From assembly GCA_003858585.1 (NCBI GenBank), contig RQZE01000001.1:90001-122000 (forward strand): a stretch of DNA of 32,000 nt, in the 5' to 3' direction. The DNA comes from Erysipelotrichaceae bacterium OH741_COT-311 (GTDB lineage Bacteria > Bacillota_I > Bacilli_A > Erysipelotrichales > Erysipelotrichaceae). Position 1 is the first letter of the stretch. Every line of letters begins with the position of its first letter. The notes below the pieces were generated by a model. The model searched no databases. It was not told the origin of the DNA and worked only from the letters and a program-made list of their open reading frames with translations. Of the stretch, positions 18,557-24,892 are shown in pieces. A program made the position numbers and the translations under genes.

Positions 18557-18778
18557 CTAGAAATGAAATACTTTCATTTTATTTACTAAGATATACGTTA
18601 AGATTGGATTAACTACCATGCATAAAACTGCAACCAAGCAATACAAGAAATACTTTAAAAAATCATTATAAAAAAAAGCATCCACTAAACGACCAACATA
18701 ATAAATTGAAAAAAATGAAAGTATCCCATAAATAAGCACAACAGATACAAAGTAGATAGCATATTTTACATAATTCAT
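18557..18778 (-). CDS. Small (73 aa) two-TM membrane protein; first gene of the murG operon; function unknown
   Basis: The ORF track starts it at 18796, but SD GAGG sits 6 nt before ATG 18778 (MNYVKYAIYFVSVVLIYGILSFF...). There are two hydrophobic helices. Its TAG stop lies inside the murG SD (CTAGGAGG). Confidence 0.5.
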   Translation of the reverse strand: MNYVKYAIYFVSVVLIYGILSFFSIYYVGRLVDAFFYNDFLKYFLYCLVAVLCMVVNPILTYILVNKMKVFHF

Positions 18779-18800
18779 AATGACCTCAAATTGCAATGTA

Positions 18801-18809
18801 ATTATAGCA
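18801..18809 (-). promoter_or_regulatory. Extended -10 promoter (TGCTATAAT) for small TM gene-murG-murB-divIB
   Basis: Minus strand reads TGCTATAAT, 22 nt upstream of ATG 18778. Confidence 0.5.
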
Positions 18810-18845
18810 TAATTTTTTATAACATTAACTTTAAAGACAATAAAA

Positions 18846-18870
18846 TAAAAAAGCCCTAGACTAGGCTATT
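18846..18870 (-). terminator. Weak terminator after tRNA-Arg
   Basis: Minus strand reads AGCCTAG-tc-TAGGGCT (short bulged GC stem) followed by TTTTTTATTTTA. Confidence 0.35.
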
Positions 18871-18879
18871 TTATCAAAA

Positions 18880-18956
18880 TGGCGTCCATGAAGGGATTCG
18901 AACCCCTGACCGTACGCTTAGAAGGCGTATGCTCTATCCAACTGAGCTACATGGAC
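18880..18956 (-). tRNA. tRNA-Arg (anticodon UCU), CCA encoded
   Basis: Hand-folded 77 nt: GTCCATG-TA-GCTC-AGTTGGATA-GAGC-A-TACGC-CTTCTAA-GCGTA-CGGTC-AGGGG-TTCGAAT-CCCTT-CATGGAC-G-CCA. All four stems pair, the T-loop is TTCGAAT, and the anticodon is TCT. Confidence 0.92.
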
Positions 18957-18967
18957 ATTGCTTAATC

Positions 18968-18996
18968 ATTTTATCAACTTTTTATAAAATAATCAA
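18968..18996 (-). promoter_or_regulatory. Putative promoter of tRNA-Arg
   Basis: Minus strand reads TTGATT (18996-18991) - 17 nt - TAAAAT (18973-18968), about 11 nt upstream of the tRNA 5' end. Confidence 0.5.
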
Positions 18997-18999
18997 TAC

Positions 19000-19458
19000 C
19001 TAAATGTTAATGCGTTCAACTTTTATTTCATCTTTTCTTAAATACAGATTGGCATAGCAACACGGTGAAAAATCACGGTTATAAGAAAGAGAACCGGGAT
19101 TAATTAAACGTACTTGATCAATCACTATATCTGTAAACACGTGCGTATGACCAAAAAGCACAACATCACAATCCAATTGCTTCGCCTTTAAAACCAAATT
19201 TTGATAACTATTCATAAAAATAAGACGATGTCCGTGAATAATTAAAATACGATGCCCTTCTACTTCTAAAACTTGATAATCTTTAATGGTAGAATAATAA
19301 TCATTATTTCCACGCACACTAATAAAGCAACTAAGATACTTCTCTTCTAACTCAGAATCTCCACAATGAATGAAAAAGCTACTATCTTTATTTGCCTCTT
19401 TTACTTTATTTAGCACTTGAATTAATCCATGATTATCAGAAACAACTGTTATTTTCAT
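19000..19458 (-). CDS. YfcE/MJ0936-family metallophosphoesterase (B. subtilis YsnB-like)
   Basis: 152 aa. Motifs VVSDNHG, HCGDS, RGNND, IHGH and GHTH. ATGA overlap with the upstream gene. Confidence 0.85.
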   Translation of the reverse strand: MKITVVSDNHGLIQVLNKVKEANKDSSFFIHCGDSELEEKYLSCFISVRGNNDYYSTIKDYQVLEVEGHRILIIHGHRLIFMNSYQNLVLKAKQLDCDVVLFGHTHVFTDIVIDQVRLINPGSLSYNRDFSPCCYANLYLRKDEIKVERINI

Positions 19459-20423
19459 TTTTCTTTTAAAAACTCCTTTAACGAACGATGTTGATTATAA
19501 AAGCTAGAAGCATCCTCACCTAAATAACGAAAGTGATGAAAACGTTCTTCTTTTCCCGTATCTTTCATATATTCATGTAAATATGTTTGCACAAAGCCAA
19601 AACGATGAGCATTTTCCTTTAGCCATTTTCCAACCATTGATGTTTTAAAATCTTCATTAGGCAACATAAAATCAATGCTTGTTCCCAATTGATTTTCACT
19701 ATGACCAGGATAATCCACAAGCTTATCTACTTGTGAAGGATGTTCTTGCTGTGTTTTTAAGTATAGCGATTTTTGTTGAGAATAAGAAACATAAGCCTTA
19801 TCTACAATAAGACCTCCGCAATCAATCTTAAATTCTTCTGTTAAAGCATCACACAGTTCCAGCAAAGGTTTTTCAACCAATTTACGAACTTTAAATTCGG
19901 AACCATTGATACTAACATCCACAAGATCATCAAACGTCTTATTACTAATGGTATACGTATAATCTACATAAGCTAATAAACTATTGGGATTTTCAACTAA
20001 AATGGATTTTGGTTGCATTTCCGCATGTTGATTTGCCCAATAAGCAATTTCATGATACTTGTAATGTTCTAATAACTTGCTCAATGTTTTTGCGTCATAG
20101 TTTCCATACACTGTTTCTGCAAATTCAACCACTTCTTTTGGTGATAAATACCAACAAATATCTTCTATCTCTTCATAAAAAGTAACATGATAAATATTAA
20201 ACTGGTTTGCATCAATAAAACGTATGAAATAACTTGGGGCAATCGAATATTCGATGATGTATTCTATTTCTTCATTATTTAAATATTGTTTAATTAATTG
20301 ACGTGATTTTTCATCCTTATAAGGATATCGAGATAAACGATCAAATTCAAGATTCATGATTGAAAGACACATCAATGAAATCACTATAATACTAATAATT
20401 AAGATTCCTCTTTTAACAACCAT
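19455..20423 (-). CDS. Membrane-anchored VanY/M15B-type D-Ala-D-Ala carboxypeptidase-like protein (SxH motif degenerate)
   Basis: C-terminal domain has PGHSENQLGTSID (the SxHxxGxAxD motif with H->N and A->S) and EERFHHFRY (ExxH-type motif). The N-terminal TM is ILIISIIVISLMCLSIM. The start was moved to ATG 20423 (SD AAAGGAG 7 nt upstream), because the ORF-track start 20441 is a TTG lying inside the SD/promoter region. Confidence 0.75.
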   Translation of the reverse strand: MVVKRGILIISIIVISLMCLSIMNLEFDRLSRYPYKDEKSRQLIKQYLNNEEIEYIIEYSIAPSYFIRFIDANQFNIYHVTFYEEIEDICWYLSPKEVVEFAETVYGNYDAKTLSKLLEHYKYHEIAYWANQHAEMQPKSILVENPNSLLAYVDYTYTISNKTFDDLVDVSINGSEFKVRKLVEKPLLELCDALTEEFKIDCGGLIVDKAYVSYSQQKSLYLKTQQEHPSQVDKLVDYPGHSENQLGTSIDFMLPNEDFKTSMVGKWLKENAHRFGFVQTYLHEYMKDTGKEERFHHFRYLGEDASSFYNQHRSLKEFLKEK

Positions 20424-20441
20424 ATTCTTACTCCTTTCCAA

Positions 20442-20450
20442 ATTATAACA
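20442..20450 (-). promoter_or_regulatory. Extended -10 promoter (TGTTATAAT) for M15 peptidase-phosphoesterase
   Basis: Minus strand reads TGTTATAAT, 8 nt after the trmL stop and about 19 nt before ATG 20423. Confidence 0.5.
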
Positions 20451-20458
20451 TACTTACA

Positions 20459-20965
20459 TTAGTTTTCTATCCAGTGTGCACCCTTGATATACTCATTAAA
20501 TGACAAATTATAATATTCATTTTGTCGTAATACTTCATAAATACAAATCGCTACACAATTACTTAAATTAAGTGAACGAGCACTTTTCACCATTGGCAAA
20601 CGCATACATCTCTGTAAATCGGTTTGTAAGATTTCTTTGGGTATACCGGTAGATTCTTTACCAAACATTAAGTAAATATCATCATTGGTTTTAAAATCAA
20701 AGGAAGATGGCGGTTTATGTCCATAACGTGTTACGAAATATAATATCGGATTATTATTTTTTATTTTAAATTCTTCAAAATTTTCATAAACGGTATAGGT
20801 CAAATCTTGAATGTAATCTAAACCACTTCGACGTAAGCGAGACTCATCAAGTTTAAAACCTAAAGGTTTGATTAAATGTAATTGTGCATCAAATGCAACA
20901 CAACTACGCATGATATTTCCTGTATTCTGTGGAATTTCAGGTTCAAATAAAACAATATGAATCAT
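20459..20965 (-). CDS. trmL: tRNA (cytidine/uridine-34 2'-O)-methyltransferase, SpoU/TrmL family
   Basis: 168 aa. IHIVLFEPEIPQNTGNIMRSC at the N-terminus and a C-terminal SPOUT knot (…LMFGKESTGIP…SLNLSNCVAI…). ATGA overlap with the upstream gene. Confidence 0.85.
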   Translation of the reverse strand: MIHIVLFEPEIPQNTGNIMRSCVAFDAQLHLIKPLGFKLDESRLRRSGLDYIQDLTYTVYENFEEFKIKNNNPILYFVTRYGHKPPSSFDFKTNDDIYLMFGKESTGIPKEILQTDLQRCMRLPMVKSARSLNLSNCVAICIYEVLRQNEYYNLSFNEYIKGAHWIEN

Positions 20966-21630
20966 TCTATACTCCTTTTCACTTGATAGCGACTAAAGAC
21001 ATATAACATTAAAAAAACAGCTAAAAAACTAAGTAAAATACGTAATACCAATTGATTAAAAAATTCAGATGGAACCATCATAATCAAACGATCTACGCTT
21101 GGATCTAATAACCATAAATCATTGGTAAAAAAGACAGTATGAAATTGATACCAAAATCGTTGAAAATCTACCAAGATGTAGAAGCCTAATCCCCCTACTA
21201 TCATCATAAAGTAATGCGTGTGTTGAATATAAGCTTGATACCATGACTTCATCTTTTTTTGTTTCATACTGATAGCTAATACAACAATAACATATATACA
21301 ACTGCCATATTGTATCCGTTTCATCTTCGTATATAAATCTTTAACATCTACCATATGATCTATTTCTTTTTGATTAAAAAAGAAATCTTGTTTACCGTCA
21401 ATTGTAGCTTGTATCATCAAATCCTCTTGTTTTCCTTGTATGTAGTACAGTAAGTGAGTCGTTACTCGATATAATTCTTCCTTGGATACGCCAATGCTAG
21501 AAGCGATGTTTAATTGTTGGTATTGTTGCTTATAAAAGGAAAAATGAAAACTGTGAAATTCAATCACAGTACTAAATATAAAAAGTAGCAATGCCCAAAT
21601 TGCACTATAATGCAGAAGTTTCCATTTCAT
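20962..21630 (-). CDS. TIGR01906/DUF1461-family integral membrane protein (Lit-like; possible lipoprotein intramolecular transacylase)
   Basis: 222 aa with 4-5 TM helices. The motif FHTVFFTNDLWLLDPSVDRLIMMVPSEFF matches my recollection of the DUF1461 signature. The family assignment is from memory. Confidence 0.55.
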   Translation of the reverse strand: MKWKLLHYSAIWALLLFIFSTVIEFHSFHFSFYKQQYQQLNIASSIGVSKEELYRVTTHLLYYIQGKQEDLMIQATIDGKQDFFFNQKEIDHMVDVKDLYTKMKRIQYGSCIYVIVVLAISMKQKKMKSWYQAYIQHTHYFMMIVGGLGFYILVDFQRFWYQFHTVFFTNDLWLLDPSVDRLIMMVPSEFFNQLVLRILLSFLAVFLMLYVFSRYQVKRSIE

Positions 21631-22204
21631 TAAAATACTCCATGACTTTCGCTAAAGCTTTCCCACGATGGCTAATCGCATGTTTTTGACCATTTGTTAA
21701 GTTTGCCATTGTTGTTTGGTAAGGTGGATAATAGAAAATTGGATCATAACCAAATCCATTTTCACCATCAAGCTCATAATGAATGCATCCCTCAACAGTA
21801 CCTTCAAATGTTTTCACATTCCCACTTGGATCACTTAAAGCCATACAACAAACAAAACGTGCAGAACGATCACTACATCCATCTAAACGTTGAATTAAAT
21901 TCAAGTTTTTTTCTTTATAAGAGGTATCATAACCCATATAGCGTGCCGAATAAATTCCAGGTTCATTGTTTAAGGCTGTAATTTCTAACCCAGAATCATC
22001 CGCAAGAACCATCTTATTTAAGACTTTAGCCATGGTTGTCGCTTTTAAAATGGCATTTTCTTCAAATGACGTTCCTGTTTCTTCCACTTCAATTTCTTCT
22101 TGTAAATCTTTTAAACTTAAAACTTGATATCCTAATGGTTCTAACATTTCTTTAAATTCTTTTATTTTACCCGAATTACTTGTTGCAATAAACAATTCTT
22201 TCAT
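21605..22204 (-). CDS. rdgB: Non-canonical purine NTP pyrophosphatase, RdgB/HAM1 family
   Basis: 199 aa. Motifs IATSNSGKIKEF, …ETGTSFEENA.LKA…, DDSGLE and …GFGYDPIF… plus HRGKA. Confidence 0.9.
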   Translation of the reverse strand: MKELFIATSNSGKIKEFKEMLEPLGYQVLSLKDLQEEIEVEETGTSFEENAILKATTMAKVLNKMVLADDSGLEITALNNEPGIYSARYMGYDTSYKEKNLNLIQRLDGCSDRSARFVCCMALSDPSGNVKTFEGTVEGCIHYELDGENGFGYDPIFYYPPYQTTMANLTNGQKHAISHRGKALAKVMEYFNEMETSAL

Positions 22205-22221
22205 AAAAATACCTCTTAGTT

Positions 22222-22245
22222 ATATTATCATATTTATGATATTAT
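22222..22245. promoter_or_regulatory. Back-to-back divergent extended -10 elements (rdgB operon leftward, lipid kinase rightward)
   Basis: Minus strand has TGATAATAT (22230-22222); plus strand has TGATATTAT (22237-22245). Together they form an AT-rich imperfect palindrome. Confidence 0.35.
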
Positions 22246-22275
22246 ATTAAGGTAAAATACAATAAAAGGAGTTTT

Positions 22276-23157
22276 ATGAAACACATATTTATTATTAATC
22301 CGGAATCCGGTCAAGGAGAAGCCTTGGCAAATAAAGATTTAATTGAAAGTGTCGCATTAAGATATAACATTCCCTATCAAATACTTCTTACACAATACAA
22401 AGGTCATGCTACAACATTGGCTTCAAATATCAATCCAAAAGAAAACATTACAGTTTACTCTGTTGGAGGAGATGGTACCTTATTTGAAATTGTACAAGGA
22501 CTAGATCCAAGTATCCCTTTAGGCATTATTCCTTGCGGTAGTGGTAACGATTTCTTTCGCTCTTTAGATATACAATACAATAATTTAGAAGACTTACTTA
22601 TAAAACTGATTACCGGTGAGACTATGCCAATTGATATTGGTACTTGTTTACATCATCGTTTTATTAACTGCACTTCTTGTGGATTAGATGCTGAAATCAA
22701 TGATGCAGCAACTAAACTTATTCGCAAGAAAATCGTACCTAAGAAAATAGCGTATATGGCTGCAACTTTAAAAGCTATTATTCGTCCAACGTATTATCCT
22801 TTGACCATTACGATTGATAATTTAGAACTACAAAAAGAATGCCTTTTGATTTCCATTATGAATGGTAAGTACTATGGTGGTGGATTTACACCTGCCCCTG
22901 ATGCAAAATTAAATGATGGTTTATTAGACATTTGTATTGTAGAAAAAATGCCTTACTTAAAAATACTAAAGTTGTTACCAAAGTATTTAAAAGGAAAACA
23001 TCAAGGTACTCCAGGTATTCTTAACTATCAAGGTAAAAAGATTACTATCACATCAGATAAAAAGATTATGTTTGAAAGTGATGGAGAATGTTATCTGGCT
23101 AGTAAAGAAGAAATTACACTTCATCCGTTACAATCAAATATTAAGATACTGAAATAA
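22276..23157 (+). CDS. Diacylglycerol/lipid kinase, YegS/DagK/BmrU family
   Basis: 293 aa. DAGK catalytic-domain motifs …VYSVGGDGTLFEIVQG… and IIPCGSGNDFFRSL. SD AAAGGAG. Confidence 0.85.
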   Translation: MKHIFIINPESGQGEALANKDLIESVALRYNIPYQILLTQYKGHATTLASNINPKENITVYSVGGDGTLFEIVQGLDPSIPLGIIPCGSGNDFFRSLDIQYNNLEDLLIKLITGETMPIDIGTCLHHRFINCTSCGLDAEINDAATKLIRKKIVPKKIAYMAATLKAIIRPTYYPLTITIDNLELQKECLLISIMNGKYYGGGFTPAPDAKLNDGLLDICIVEKMPYLKILKLLPKYLKGKHQGTPGILNYQGKKITITSDKKIMFESDGECYLASKEEITLHPLQSNIKILK

Positions 23158-23218
23158 AAAGAACATCTGTATAACTGATTTAAAATGTATTATACTTTAA
23201 ACGTGGAGGAAAGTTGAT

Positions 23219-24817
23219 ATGACAATTTCATGGGATTTAATTCTTGGTGGTTTTGCCATGTTTATCTATGGAATTAAAATCATGGGAGATGGCTTAAAAG
23301 CTGTTGCCGGTGATTCTTTAAGACATTACATTGATAAATATACTTCGAAACCTATCATGGGTTTGTTAATAGGTTCCATCATTACCGTTATGATTCAATC
23401 AAGTAGTGCTACAACAGCTATTACCATTGGTTTAGTACGTTCTGGCTTAATGAAATTAGAACAAGCAGCCGGCATTGTAATGGGAGCCAACATCGGAACA
23501 ACTGTAACTGCCTTTTTAATTGGGTTATCGGTAGAAGAATACGCATTGTATTTTGTATTATTTGGTTCTTTAATCATTTCCTTTACAAGTCGTAAAAAAT
23601 TAAATTACATCGGACAAATTATATTAGGCTTTGGTTTGCTTTTTTTTGGATTAAAAATTATGGGTGATTCCTTAAAAGCCTTAAAAGATTTACCAGCCTT
23701 TGCATCCTTTGCACAAACTATGGGAGCAAAACCATTACTTGCTGCTTTAGCAGGTACGATTATGACAGGAGCGATTCAATCTTCTTCTGTTGTCGTTGGG
23801 GTAGTTCAAAAGATTTATGAATCTGGAAGTATCTCCCTAGTAGCAGCCATTGCCTTTGTATTTGGTTCAAACATTGGAACAACCATTACAGGTGTCATTG
23901 CTTCTTTAGGTGGTTCACTAGCTGCAAGACGTACTGCCGGTATACATACTCTCTTTAACGTTGTTGGTACCTTAGTTTGGTTAATCTTTATTTACCCTTT
24001 AGCATCTTTCATTTTAGTCCTAACACAGCAATTTCATTTAGAACCAATGATGCAAATTGCGGTTGTACATATTATCTTTAACGTATCTTCTACTTTAATC
24101 TTCTTTCCACTTTTAAAACAAATGTGTGACTTAATCCGTAAAGTCATACCTGGTAATGAAGTTGAAAAAATTGATATTAAAGTAGATGAATTAGACCCTA
24201 ACTTACCACACACCCTACCAAGTGCAGCGTTAGGGGTTTGTGAAAGTGCCGTATTAAAATTAGCTTCCGTCGTAAAACGCAATGTCAAAGAAGTTTATCG
24301 ATACTTTGAAGAAGGAAAGATTAATTCTGAAAATCATGATTTAATCCGACAAAATGAATCCTTAATCAATCATTTAGATAAGACCATTACCAACTACATT
24401 ATGTTGATTAATAAGCAAGAACTTACTGACCATGATGTTAATATTTCAAATTTACATTTACAAGTTATAAAAAATTTAGAACGTGTTGGTGATTTAGCGG
24501 TTAATCTTATGGAATTCTTTGAAATGGTTTATGAAGATAAAAAAGGAAATTTCTCTAAACAAGCTCAAAACGAAATTAATGAATTGTTTTTACAATTATT
24601 AAAAATGATTGATATGGCAATTCAAGTATATAAAACAAATAATTTAGAGTTATTAAGTGAACTACATCGTGAAGAAACAATTATGGATAATTTAGAACAC
24701 ACATCTCGTTTAAGACACTTTAAGCGTATGTCTGAAGAAATATGTAGTTCCACAATTGCAGAGCAGTATACTGTGATATTCTTGCTAATATTGAGCGTAT
24801 GGGAGACCATTGCTTAA
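23219..24817 (+). CDS. Na+/phosphate cotransporter (NptA/YjbB-like) with C-terminal PhoU-like domain; 3' end apparently frameshifted
   Basis: 532 aa. Duplicated Na/Pi cotransporter repeats (…IQSSSATTAITIGL…, …IQSSSVVVGVVQ…) and PhoU-like helices. The last ~18 codons are non-homologous junk. The conserved tail YCDILANIERMGDHCLNIG... is in the next frame and ends at 24873 (see finding). Confidence 0.8.
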   Translation: MTISWDLILGGFAMFIYGIKIMGDGLKAVAGDSLRHYIDKYTSKPIMGLLIGSIITVMIQSSSATTAITIGLVRSGLMKLEQAAGIVMGANIGTTVTAFLIGLSVEEYALYFVLFGSLIISFTSRKKLNYIGQIILGFGLLFFGLKIMGDSLKALKDLPAFASFAQTMGAKPLLAALAGTIMTGAIQSSSVVVGVVQKIYESGSISLVAAIAFVFGSNIGTTITGVIASLGGSLAARRTAGIHTLFNVVGTLVWLIFIYPLASFILVLTQQFHLEPMMQIAVVHIIFNVSSTLIFFPLLKQMCDLIRKVIPGNEVEKIDIKVDELDPNLPHTLPSAALGVCESAVLKLASVVKRNVKEVYRYFEEGKINSENHDLIRQNESLINHLDKTITNYIMLINKQELTDHDVNISNLHLQVIKNLERVGDLAVNLMEFFEMVYEDKKGNFSKQAQNEINELFLQLLKMIDMAIQVYKTNNLELLSELHREETIMDNLEHTSRLRHFKRMSEEICSSTIAEQYTVIFLLILSVWETIA

Positions 24818-24860
24818 ATATTGGTAAACGTAAAGCTGAAGTCAATGTTATTAATGAAAA

Positions 24861-24892
24861 TAGTTGGAATTAACTTCCAACTATTTTTTTTG
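24861..24892. terminator. Bidirectional rho-independent terminator (Na/Pi gene and the clpB/heat-shock array)
   Basis: TAGTTGGAA-ttaac-TTCCAACTA (9-bp stem), followed by TTTTTTTT on the plus strand and TTTTCATT on the minus strand. The clpB TAG stop lies inside the stem. Confidence 0.8.

Noticed and set aside
18797-18999. tRNA-Arg as a possible integration hotspot marking a genomic island.
   Set aside because: I could see no integrase, no duplication of the tRNA 3' end as a direct repeat, and no compositional break. The flanking genes are core housekeeping genes.
22221-22246. AT-rich imperfect palindrome ATATTATCAT-ATTT-ATGATATTAT as a possible operator.
   Set aside because: It is adequately explained by two back-to-back divergent TGnTAxxAT -10 elements. 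In DNA this AT-rich, such a palindrome also has little statistical weight.
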